DNA from: a bacterium
Lineage (GTDB): Bacteria > Margulisbacteria > WOR-1 > O2-12-FULL-45-9 > XYB2-FULL-48-7
Direction: 5' to 3'
DNA length: 64,000 nt
NCBI GenBank assembly: GCA_043812655.1
Contig: JBDRLW010000044.1
Span: 59,534-123,533 of the forward strand
Translations under genes and position numbers: made by a program
The notes under the pieces: model-generated
Told to the model about the DNA's origin: nothing
Seen by the model: only the letters and a program-made list of their open reading frames with translations
The model's database searches: none
Shown: positions 45,593 through 54,100 of the stretch, piece after piece
How positions within the stretch are numbered: position 1 is the first letter of the stretch
Layout of the letters: every line of letters starts with the position of its first letter

Positions 45593-46882
45593 TCAGATTC
45601 CCAGGTCAGTCGGCGCCCGGCCAAGGGAATAAAGCAGGTCCAGAGTCTCTTTGATCTGCTGTTCGATCGATTCTTCTGTGTGGGCCCGATTTGGATATAT
45701 TTCGTACAGCCTCCGATATTTTTGAGGAGTAACATTCAGCATCACCGAATTCGCGCCGGCCAGTAATCCTTTGCGGCGGGCGCCCGGATCCAGCGTCTCC
45801 AGTCCGGTCGTCACCAGGATCTTGGCATTCTGGGGGTCAACCAGACGGCTGATCGCTAATACTTTTAAAACTAAGTCGGTCTTGGGCCCATCGGGCCCGC
45901 CACGGCGGGCAAGCAACACTGGCCCAAAAGAAAACATTTCAGCTTTTAATTCTTTCGTCAAAAGAATGTCGTCCAATAAGCTCTCATTGGTTTGGCCTGG
46001 TAAGCCGATCAACCCTCCAGTTAAGACTAAATAACCGAGATCATAAGCATCCTTAATATCTTGTAATCTTTCTGCTAATTTATCCCCGCTATGCAAATTA
46101 GCATAAAGCTTTGATTCGCTGGTCTCAAAACGGAGGAGCAGCCCGCGCGCTCCAGCTTCAAATAGTTTCGCTAATCCCTCTTTGCCTATTTCACCTACAG
46201 AAATAAAGACCAAGACCGCGAACCTTTGTTTAATGGTCTTTATTAGCGCGGCCAACCGATCAACCGTAAACTCCGGGTCTTCGCCAGCCTGTAAAACCAG
46301 CGCTTTGAAGCCGTGTTTTTCGACCGCTTCATGGACTGCCGCTAGAATTTCTTCGTCACTCATCCTATATCTTTTAATGGTCGAATTACTAGCTCTTATC
46401 CCACAATACGCGCAATCATGCTGGCAATAATTAGAAAATTCAATTATCCCGTGGACACAGCAGGAATTAGCCAAATGTTTTTGCCGGAGGAAATTGGCGG
46501 TTTTATAAAGAAGATCAAGCTCGTCCGGATTTTCACTGCGCATCAAGAATAGCAGTTCTTCTGGTTTCAATTTTCTCCCTTCGGCCGCCTTATCCAGGAT
46601 CAGGGAGAATTTTTTGTCGATCTTTACCCCTTCCCTATCGATCCGCGAGAGCCGAAGGTCGGTTTCGCGCAGCTCAAAAAATAGCTCTTTCCAGGTTTCA
46701 AGTATTTCAGAAGCATCTTTTTCTGGTAGGGTTTGGATCACATACCCGCCCTGGGCGTAAATATAGTCACCAATTTTTAGTTCGGGCAGTTCGTTGATCG
46801 CTTGCTTTTTTTCGCCGAAGTAATCAACGGTCACAGCCTTCCCTTGAATATCAACGATCTTGCCTGGTATTGCATAACACAT
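45593..46882 (-). CDS. HypC-domain / HydE-like radical SAM fusion protein (429 aa)
   Basis: N-term MCYAIPGKIV..VDYFG..IGDYIYAQGG (HypC/HupF pattern); IEFSNYCQHDCAYC, RFET, GANSVMLNVTP..YRRLYEIY (HydE pattern). Confidence 0.85.
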   Translation of the reverse strand: MCYAIPGKIVDIQGKAVTVDYFGEKKQAINELPELKIGDYIYAQGGYVIQTLPEKDASEILETWKELFFELRETDLRLSRIDREGVKIDKKFSLILDKAAEGRKLKPEELLFLMRSENPDELDLLYKTANFLRQKHLANSCCVHGIIEFSNYCQHDCAYCGIRASNSTIKRYRMSDEEILAAVHEAVEKHGFKALVLQAGEDPEFTVDRLAALIKTIKQRFAVLVFISVGEIGKEGLAKLFEAGARGLLLRFETSESKLYANLHSGDKLAERLQDIKDAYDLGYLVLTGGLIGLPGQTNESLLDDILLTKELKAEMFSFGPVLLARRGGPDGPKTDLVLKVLAISRLVDPQNAKILVTTGLETLDPGARRKGLLAGANSVMLNVTPQKYRRLYEIYPNRAHTEESIEQQIKETLDLLYSLGRAPTDLGI

Positions 46883-46960
46883 AATATAAGAATACCATAT
46901 TTGCTCGCTCAGCGCCCTTAATGCCCGGCCGCTTCCGTGGTATAATTCTCTTGCTAAAAC

Positions 46961-47383
46961 ATGAAAACCCATACTGAATATTTATTTTTCAACACTAAAA
47001 AGCAAAAAGAGATCATCAATATTACCAGCCAAGTCGAAGCTGCCGTGGAAAAATCGGCGGTAAAAGAAGGATTTGTCCTGGTCTCCGCCATGCATATCAC
47101 TGCAGCTGTTTTTATTAATGACGAAGAACCCGGCATCAAGCAAGACTTCATTGAATGGGCGGAAAAACTTGCCCCTTTTAATCCTAATTACCATCATCAT
47201 CAGACCGGTGAATCAAATGGCGACGCCCACTTAAAATCAATTCTCTTCCATCATGAAGTTACCATTCCAATAACTAATGGAAAGCTTGACTTCGGCCCCT
47301 GGCAACAGGTTTTTTACGGTGAATTTGACGGCGGCAGAAGAAAAAGGGTGGTCGTTAAGGTGATGGGGGAACAATTCTCCTAA
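46961..47383 (+). CDS. yjbQ: YjbQ/UPF0047 family protein
   Basis: HITA...IN, NGDAHLKS, GPWQ...EFDG.R. Confidence 0.9.
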   Translation: MKTHTEYLFFNTKKQKEIINITSQVEAAVEKSAVKEGFVLVSAMHITAAVFINDEEPGIKQDFIEWAEKLAPFNPNYHHHQTGESNGDAHLKSILFHHEVTIPITNGKLDFGPWQQVFYGEFDGGRRKRVVVKVMGEQFS

Positions 47384-48474
47384 AAATAGCCCGTTACAAT
47401 AATATCAGTCCCTAATTTTTCAATCTCAACGTTTTTTAGCCACTTGGCTTGCGCTGGAAGTTTTATCCCTTCCCCCTCAACCGGGGTTTTGGCGTCGCGG
47501 CCGCCAAAGATCTTGGGAACAATAACAAAGTGGGCTTTATCAACCAACTTCTTAGCTAAGAACGACGCGTTTACCTCTCCGCCACCTTCAACCAGTAAGC
47601 TCGTAATTTTCATTTTAGCCAACTTTTTTACCAGTGCGCCAACATCAACATATTTCCCGCTCAAAGGAAGGCTTATGATTTCTGCGCCCATTTTTTCCAG
47701 CGCCCTAACTTTTTTGGCCGGCGCCTTTGGCCCGACCGCGATAACCGTTTTGCCGCCGGGGGAAGAAAATATGTCTGCACTAAGAGGCGTCTTTGCGTGG
47801 GTATCCAAAACTATCCTGACCGGATGTTTAATGACCGTTCCGCGGCGAATATTTAGTTTTGGATCATCGACCAAGACCGTATCGACCCCGACCACCATCG
47901 CGTCATAAAGATTGCGCAAATGGTGGGCAAAATCAAGAGATGAAGGAGACGCTACCCAGCGGCTGGCGCCGGTTTTTGTCGCGATCTTGCCGTCGATCGT
48001 CATCGCCGTCTTCATCACAATGAACGGCCGTTTCTTAGTAATGTAAGTCTTAAAAACTTCGTTCAGTTTATTGGCTTCGTCTTCAAGCAAGCCAACCTCT
48101 ACTTCAACCCCGTGATTTTTTAGTTTGGCAAACCCGCGGCCATTTACCAGCGGGTTGGGGTCTTTCATTGCCGCGATAACCTTTTTAACGCCGGCATTAA
48201 TGATCGCTTCGGTGCAGGGAGGATTATTGCCATAATGGTTGCATGGTTCAAGGTTAAGGTAGAGTGTGGCTCCCTTGGGATTTTCGCTCGCTTTTTGGAT
48301 CGCCCAAGCCTCGGCATGCGGAGTAGCGACCTCTCCGTGATAGCCCATAGAAATGATCCGGCCATCCTTAACCAAGACCGCGCCGACCATGGGGTCTGGC
48401 GTCGTCCGCCCTTCGGCTGACTTGGCCAGCACCAGGGCTTCGCGCATGAATTTTATGTCGTCTTCAGTCCACAT
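47380..48474 (-). CDS. ribD: Riboflavin biosynthesis deaminase/reductase
   Basis: HAE, LEPCNH...PPC, DGKIA, VEGGG. Confidence 0.95.
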   Translation of the reverse strand: MWTEDDIKFMREALVLAKSAEGRTTPDPMVGAVLVKDGRIISMGYHGEVATPHAEAWAIQKASENPKGATLYLNLEPCNHYGNNPPCTEAIINAGVKKVIAAMKDPNPLVNGRGFAKLKNHGVEVEVGLLEDEANKLNEVFKTYITKKRPFIVMKTAMTIDGKIATKTGASRWVASPSSLDFAHHLRNLYDAMVVGVDTVLVDDPKLNIRRGTVIKHPVRIVLDTHAKTPLSADIFSSPGGKTVIAVGPKAPAKKVRALEKMGAEIISLPLSGKYVDVGALVKKLAKMKITSLLVEGGGEVNASFLAKKLVDKAHFVIVPKIFGGRDAKTPVEGEGIKLPAQAKWLKNVEIEKLGTDIIVTGYF

Positions 48475-49106
48475 ATTGCCTGCTTGTAGTCGGGGGAATA
48501 AAAGATCGCCGACCCAGCCACTAAGACATTAGCTCCCGCTTTTACAGCTTCTTTAGCGGTTTCAATGTTAATGCCTCCATCAACCTCAATATCAACATTT
48601 TTTCTCCGAACTCGGAGCTCCCCACTCAACCGCTTAATCTTCACCAAGACCTCCGGCATAAACTTCTGCCCTTCGAAACCGGGATTTACTGACATGATAA
48701 GGACCATCGCGATTTTATCTAAAACATGAAAGATCGATTCGATCGGCGTCGCTGGATTAACTACAACTCCCGGCTTAACATTATTTTGCCTGATAAGCTC
48801 AAGGTCTTCATCAAGACTTTTCGAAGTTTCGGCGTGAATGGTAATAATATCTGCGCCGGCTTTCGCAAAATCAGGAATATATTTATCCGGGTTTTCGATC
48901 ATTAGATGGACGTCAAGCGGCAATTTGGTGGCCTTCCGGCACGCCTTGACGACTAACGGGCCGATCGTAATATTCGGGACAAAATGGCCATCCATTACGT
49001 CGATGTGTATTAAGTCGGCGCCGGCCGCTTCGACTTTTTTTATCTCTTCCGCCAGCCGCCCAAAGTCGGCCGATAAGATCGATGGGGCAATTTTAATGGT
49101 ATTCAT
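48453..49106 (-). CDS. rpe: Ribulose-phosphate 3-epimerase
   Basis: APSILSADF, HIDVMDGHFVPN, MSVNPGF, VDGG. Confidence 0.96.
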   Translation of the reverse strand: MNTIKIAPSILSADFGRLAEEIKKVEAAGADLIHIDVMDGHFVPNITIGPLVVKACRKATKLPLDVHLMIENPDKYIPDFAKAGADIITIHAETSKSLDEDLELIRQNNVKPGVVVNPATPIESIFHVLDKIAMVLIMSVNPGFEGQKFMPEVLVKIKRLSGELRVRRKNVDIEVDGGINIETAKEAVKAGANVLVAGSAIFYSPDYKQAICGLKTT

Positions 49107-49717
49107 TCCTGCTCCTTTTGTTTTACTTCTTCTGTGGCCGCCACTAATAAGTCTACGCTCATCCCCAGCTCAACCTCTTCCCCTGCCATCGGTTCTTGGG
49201 CAACGACCTTCCCCGGCTCTCCGCCGGTATTATTTTCAAATTTTATTTCACCCAGTTTTAGCCCGGCCGCTGTTAATATTTGATCAGCTTGGATATAAGA
49301 GCGGTCAACCAAGCTGGGGGCAATGACTTTTGTTTTACCGGCACTGACTATAACGTTGATCGTCCGCCCTTCTTTTACCATGCGGCCCGGTTCCGGCCGC
49401 TGGGAAACGATCACCCCTTCAGGAATATTTTGGTCGTTGGCTCGGCCAGCTTCTTTAACCTTCAAATTTAATTCTTCAACCTTCTCCGCGGCCTCTTGGC
49501 TGGTTTGCCCGGATAAATTAGGGACGATCACTTCCGGCAGTGAATTAACATACATCATATAAAAATATCCGATCAGGAGCGGCAAAAGCAGAACAAAGAT
49601 GATCAGCCCGGCCGTTAAAGCCAGTTTTAATTTTTTCAGCCGCAAAACCACAAGGCCGAACAATAGGCTGATAACTATGACATAAACCAGATAAGCATAT
49701 AAGGCATCGATCAACAA
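49103..49717 (-). CDS. Membrane-anchored protein with two PASTA domains
   Basis: Two TM helices then VPNLSG...VSQRP.PG and APSLV...VAQEP repeats. Confidence 0.85.
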   Translation of the reverse strand: MLIDALYAYLVYVIVISLLFGLVVLRLKKLKLALTAGLIIFVLLLPLLIGYFYMMYVNSLPEVIVPNLSGQTSQEAAEKVEELNLKVKEAGRANDQNIPEGVIVSQRPEPGRMVKEGRTINVIVSAGKTKVIAPSLVDRSYIQADQILTAAGLKLGEIKFENNTGGEPGKVVAQEPMAGEEVELGMSVDLLVAATEEVKQKEQE

Positions 49718-49718
49718 A

Positions 49719-50747
49719 TTATCTCCCTAAAAAGAACGAATATAAAAGGCCAAGCGCGATCGCCACGGTCAAGATCAGTGCTAAGATCCAGCCCCGGTGT
49801 TTTTCTTTTCCCCAGCGCAATTTAACCTGGCCGACTTCTTCGACCGCCTCGGCTTCTTTGGCGCTTAATTCTTCGCCCCCATATTGGAGGACGGTATTTT
49901 CAAATAGTTTAACCAGCTCTTTATTGCTCTCCTGTTTAGGTAAGAGCCCCTTCTTTTCTAAGCTCAGCTTAAACTCAGTCGCGCCCTCCAAACGAAAACA
50001 GGGGTCTTTTTGTAAAACAACAGCCAGGAGTTCTCTTAAATAATTTGGCAGAGGCGCTAAAGCTTCCTTGCTAAGGATCAGCGGGAGCCGTAGCTTGGCG
50101 ATATTAAGTGGTAAGCCAGAATCATTAAAGGCTGCTTTACCCGTCACCATTTCAAACAAGATCAAACCCAGGGCATAGATATCGGATGAGCTTGAACTCC
50201 CCAGCCCCGCCACTTCTTCCGGCGAAGCGTATTTAGCGTTCCCCATCACTTCCAGTGATTTAAGCGGGAGTGAATTTTTGATCTCCCCTTCGACCACAAA
50301 ATCAGTGACTTTAACAATTCCCTGGTTATCAAGAAAAATATTGGTCGGCTTAAGCGCCCCGTGGATGATCCCTTTGGCGTGGGCCGATTCCAGCGTCGCT
50401 AAAACCTGGTCGGCGATCGCAACCGCTTTTTCCGGCCCAATTTTTTCCCCGCTGTCGAGGATCTCTTGGATCGACCGCCCTTCAACATATTCTCTGACAT
50501 AATAAAACCCTTGCCAGCCATAGTCGCCATCAAGGAGCCGGGCCAAGCCATGATGATTCGTCAAGGAAAATTCCTTGACCCGTTGTTTCATGCTTTTGAT
50601 CAATGATGAATTAAGGGTCCCCCGCTTGTATATCTTAATGATAACTTTTTTATCTGTCCCGACAAAAAACCCTTGGTAAGTTACGCTGAAGGGGGTCTCT
50701 GATAGCTTCTTTCCTGTGCGGTACTTGCTTTTTAGGACTTGCTCCAT
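49719..50747 (-). CDS. PknB/PrkC-like Ser/Thr kinase domain with C-terminal TM; probable pseudokinase
   Basis: VIIK, EYVEG, HGALKPTN (HRD lost), DFV, YASPE, SDIYALG. Confidence 0.8.
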   Translation of the reverse strand: MEQVLKSKYRTGKKLSETPFSVTYQGFFVGTDKKVIIKIYKRGTLNSSLIKSMKQRVKEFSLTNHHGLARLLDGDYGWQGFYYVREYVEGRSIQEILDSGEKIGPEKAVAIADQVLATLESAHAKGIIHGALKPTNIFLDNQGIVKVTDFVVEGEIKNSLPLKSLEVMGNAKYASPEEVAGLGSSSSSDIYALGLILFEMVTGKAAFNDSGLPLNIAKLRLPLILSKEALAPLPNYLRELLAVVLQKDPCFRLEGATEFKLSLEKKGLLPKQESNKELVKLFENTVLQYGGEELSAKEAEAVEEVGQVKLRWGKEKHRGWILALILTVAIALGLLYSFFLGR

Positions 50748-50827
50748 GCTTTTGGGATTATATCAGATTAGGTGAAATTTTTCAGTAAACGTGCCGATAT
50801 ATATATGGAAGGGATAGAGGAACTAAA

Positions 50828-51016
50828 ATGTTACAAGAAAATTCACGAGAACAATACGATGTCGCTTCGATCTCCAAAGAGGGAAGAGAAAAACGCATCA
50901 ATACCGTTAGAGATGCCCTTTATATGAGCAAATTAGCTAAGCCAACCGGCCAGTTTGTCCAGGTTTTTGCCGATATGTTCCTTAAAAAGGAAGCAGGCAG
51001 AAAATGTTATTTCTAG
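50828..51016 (+). CDS. Small hypothetical protein
   Basis: GAGG RBS upstream; no recognisable family. Confidence 0.5.
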   Translation: MLQENSREQYDVASISKEGREKRINTVRDALYMSKLAKPTGQFVQVFADMFLKKEAGRKCYF

Positions 51017-51027
51017 GAGGAAAAGCC

Positions 51028-51246
51028 ATGAATACCATGGATAACGCTAAAGTGATGGAAGTTTTAGAAAAGAATACGCTCTTCAATTACTTTGAAAAAC
51101 TGGTTAACGCCAAAATGAAGAAGACCATCCTCTTTCCTGTTTTCCCAATAACCGCCGCGCCAATTTTAGCCGAACCGCGCTACTTATTCATTATTGAAAA
51201 CCTGGACGACCTTACGCGGATCAATAGCGGCAGCGTCAATAATTAG
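51028..51246 (+). CDS. Small hypothetical protein
   Basis: AGGAGG RBS before ATG at 51028. Confidence 0.55.
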   Translation: MNTMDNAKVMEVLEKNTLFNYFEKLVNAKMKKTILFPVFPITAAPILAEPRYLFIIENLDDLTRINSGSVNN

Positions 51247-52004
51247 TTCCCCTCTCCGAAGCCAAACGTTTCCCTGACCTTGTCAAAATAATTCCGCGCT
51301 TTTAACCTAATAAACCTGGTCTTTTCATTAGCCTTTTTGACCGTGATCTTTTGTCCTGTCCTGACCGGCAAGACTTGTTGGCCATCGCCGGTCAAGATCA
51401 CGTCATCGCCTCTATATAATGTAATTGTTAACGGGCCATCTAAAACCAGCGAACGATTGCTTAAGCTGTGAGGACAGATAGCGGAAACGATCAAGCTTGA
51501 TGATTCGGGCGTTAACAGCGGCCCGCCGGCGGCTAAGTTGTAGGCCGTTGATCCCGAAGCGGTCGCAATGATCAACCCATCAGCCGTATATTTAGCAATA
51601 CCTTCAAGCTCAAACTTGATCACCCGGGAGATCCCGCTTTTGGCAATGACCATATCGTTAAGGGCAATGATTTTCTTGCCGCCAACTTCGGCTTCAAGCA
51701 TTGTTCGCTCATCAAGTTTATATTTTCCGGCTACCACTTGTTTGACCGCCGCCGTTAATTCTGTCAGTTCAATCTCCGACAGAAAACCGACCCCGCCAAG
51801 GTGGACGCCAAGGATCGGCACGCCTTTACCGGCCAACATTCTCGCCGCCCGCAAGATCGTCCCATCGCCGCCAAGAGTGATCACGAATTCGGCTTTATTT
51901 AGGTCGACTTTATATCCTGCTTTTTTTAAGTCAGCCGTGATCTGTTTGGCTGTGCCGGCAATTAAGCGGTCTTCTTTTTTCGAGATTATTCCTATTGTTG
52001 TCAT
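51243..52004 (-). CDS. nadK: NAD kinase
   Basis: LGGDGT, ALND, DGLII.T..GSTAYNLAAGGP. Confidence 0.93.
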   Translation of the reverse strand: MTTIGIISKKEDRLIAGTAKQITADLKKAGYKVDLNKAEFVITLGGDGTILRAARMLAGKGVPILGVHLGGVGFLSEIELTELTAAVKQVVAGKYKLDERTMLEAEVGGKKIIALNDMVIAKSGISRVIKFELEGIAKYTADGLIIATASGSTAYNLAAGGPLLTPESSSLIVSAICPHSLSNRSLVLDGPLTITLYRGDDVILTGDGQQVLPVRTGQKITVKKANEKTRFIRLKARNYFDKVRETFGFGEGN

Positions 52005-52015
52005 GGTTTTTCTCC

Positions 52016-52456
52016 TTAAAATAATTTCACCCAAGCCATCAGCCAGATTATACCAATTACAATGCCGATAATACACAGGGCGGCAAGAAATTGAAAATAA
52101 AAGTCCAGCCCGCGGTCTTTGGGGAATTTAAAGGTGACGGGCTCGATCTCCCCTTCTTCTGGGTCAACCAATAAAATCCCGTTCAAGCCAAAAACACGCT
52201 CAAGTTCAATTAATTTGCGCCGCAAGGCCGGCTCGGTCGGATCAATAGATCCTTCTCCCTTTTTTTCAAAGACGACAAATCGTTGCTTGGCTTTTCTGGC
52301 AACATAATCAGCCTCGAGCGAACTAAAGTGGTCTTTACCATTATAATGTATGACAACAGATTCTTTTTTATTGCGAGATAAGATCTCATAACCGTTCTTT
52401 TTTAATAGTTTTTCCGCTTCGCTATTCTTTGGCGAGGTAGAGAAGATATTCAACAT
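52016..52456 (-). CDS. Hypothetical protein, YraN-like N-terminus with C-terminal TM
   Basis: AEKLLKKNGYEILSRN...EADYVARK...FVVFEKK; hydrophobic C-terminus. Confidence 0.55.
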   Translation of the reverse strand: MLNIFSTSPKNSEAEKLLKKNGYEILSRNKKESVVIHYNGKDHFSSLEADYVARKAKQRFVVFEKKGEGSIDPTEPALRRKLIELERVFGLNGILLVDPEEGEIEPVTFKFPKDRGLDFYFQFLAALCIIGIVIGIIWLMAWVKLF

Positions 52457-53018
52457 TCCCTTTAGCTCCTTCGATCGGCGACGGCGTTATTCCCTTAACC
52501 TTAAAGCCTATTGCCTGCGCCTTCGCCTTTATCCTTTCGATCACTTTTTCCCTAACTCCCTCATCTCTCACAATCCCTCCCCTTCCCACTTCTTCTCTCT
52601 GCGCTTCAAACTGCGGTTTAACTAAGGCAATAACTTCCCCTCTACCAACTAATAACTTCTCCACTACCGGCAATATTTTATCAAGGGAAATGAAAGAAAC
52701 ATCGATGGCCGCAAAGTTCGGAGTCCGGAGTTGGGAGTTCGGAGTTTTTTCTTTTTTAATTAGATCTTCAGCGGTTAAATATCTAGCATTAGTTCTTTCC
52801 ATTACGACGACCCGAGGATCATTGCGCAGTTTCCAGTCGAAAATGCCGTAGGCGACATCGACCGCGTAAACTTTGGCCGCCCCGTGTTGCAGCAGGCAAT
52901 CGGTAAACCCGCCGTGGGAAGCGCCGATATCAAGGACGACCTTATCTTTGACATCGATCTTAAATTCTTTGAGGGCGTGTTCGAGTTTGAACCCGCCGCG
53001 GCTGGCATAAGCTTTCAT
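52422..53018 (-). CDS. tlyA: TlyA family rRNA 2'-O-methyltransferase lacking the S4 domain
   Basis: YASRGG.KL, DIGAS.GGFTD, DVSFISL, VKPQFE, GN.EYL. Confidence 0.9.
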   Translation of the reverse strand: MKAYASRGGFKLEHALKEFKIDVKDKVVLDIGASHGGFTDCLLQHGAAKVYAVDVAYGIFDWKLRNDPRVVVMERTNARYLTAEDLIKKEKTPNSQLRTPNFAAIDVSFISLDKILPVVEKLLVGRGEVIALVKPQFEAQREEVGRGGIVRDEGVREKVIERIKAKAQAIGFKVKGITPSPIEGAKGNVEYLLYLAKE

Positions 53019-54028
53019 TAAATCGCTGTTTCGCGCAGGTATTTGGCGGCCATTTCCGGAATGACCGTGTTGATATAGATCCCCGAACCGATCTCAAACC
53101 CAGCCACCGCTGTCACCCGAGGTAAGATTTGGATATACCAGTGATAATATTCTAAATTTTGTTCATGGCAAGGCGAAGAAAAAAGGACATAGTTGTAGTC
53201 GGGGTTGTTTAGCGCTTTATGGATCTTCCCCATAGTTTGTTTCATGACATATGCCAATTCTTTGGTGTTTTCTGGGGTGATCGAGCTAAAGGTCGACTCA
53301 TGCTTTTTGGGGAAAACCTTAGTTTCGAACGGGGAACGCGAAGCAAACGGCTCAAGCGCGATATAGTTTTCTGTTTCAAAAACGATCCGCTCTTTAAGTT
53401 TTTTTTCTTTGGCGATCATGTCGCAATAAACACACTGGCCGTGGCCGTCAAAGTAGCGCATCGCTTCTTCGATCCGATATCTAATATGCATCGGTATAAT
53501 CGGCGTCGCAATGATCTGTGAATGTGGATGGCGGACAGAAGTCCCTGCCGATCGGCCGTGATTTTTAAAAATAATTATCATCTCAAACCTAGGGTCCCCG
53601 CTTAAGGCCAGGTATCTTTCCCGGTAAGCCAAAAATATCTCTTCAGCTTGTTTTTCTTCCATCGTCGCAATGCTGACATGATGTTCCGGTGATTCAATTA
53701 TAACTTCGTGCTCACCCAATCCAACCATGTGGGTAAAGTAATCTTCTATCTTTATCCGCGTCGAGTCTCCATCAGAGCTCAGCGCAGGATATTGGTTAGG
53801 AACAACCCTAATCCACCAACCAGGGGTATCCGGTTTGGTGCCAAAGTCGCGGTAAGAAAAGACTTCTGGGGGGGTAAGTTTTTCGTTGCCGACACAAAAT
53901 GGGCAGTGAACTTTTTCTTCTGGGGGCGGTTGGACAACACCCTGGCCAAATTCTTCCGGCCGCTTCGCCCGCTCGGTCGCGATAATGACCCATTCTTTCG
54001 TCGCAGGATTTTGTCTTAGTTCCGGCAT
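53018..54028 (-). CDS. galT: Galactose-1-phosphate uridylyltransferase
   Basis: RAKRP, CPFC, HEVIIE, HPHSQ. Confidence 0.93.
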   Translation of the reverse strand: MPELRQNPATKEWVIIATERAKRPEEFGQGVVQPPPEEKVHCPFCVGNEKLTPPEVFSYRDFGTKPDTPGWWIRVVPNQYPALSSDGDSTRIKIEDYFTHMVGLGEHEVIIESPEHHVSIATMEEKQAEEIFLAYRERYLALSGDPRFEMIIIFKNHGRSAGTSVRHPHSQIIATPIIPMHIRYRIEEAMRYFDGHGQCVYCDMIAKEKKLKERIVFETENYIALEPFASRSPFETKVFPKKHESTFSSITPENTKELAYVMKQTMGKIHKALNNPDYNYVLFSSPCHEQNLEYYHWYIQILPRVTAVAGFEIGSGIYINTVIPEMAAKYLRETAI

Positions 54029-54100
54029 TTTGCTGGTTTGTATTATAACACAAAAAGTGCTAGAATTTTTTCAGTTAGCCGCAATTTAACGGGGTTTTTA

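Noticed and set aside
45593..46972. Biotin synthase call, and the ORF-track start at 46972
   Set aside because: Motifs fit HydE better than BioB. The longer start overlaps yjbQ and its promoter and would bury the HypC N-terminal Cys.
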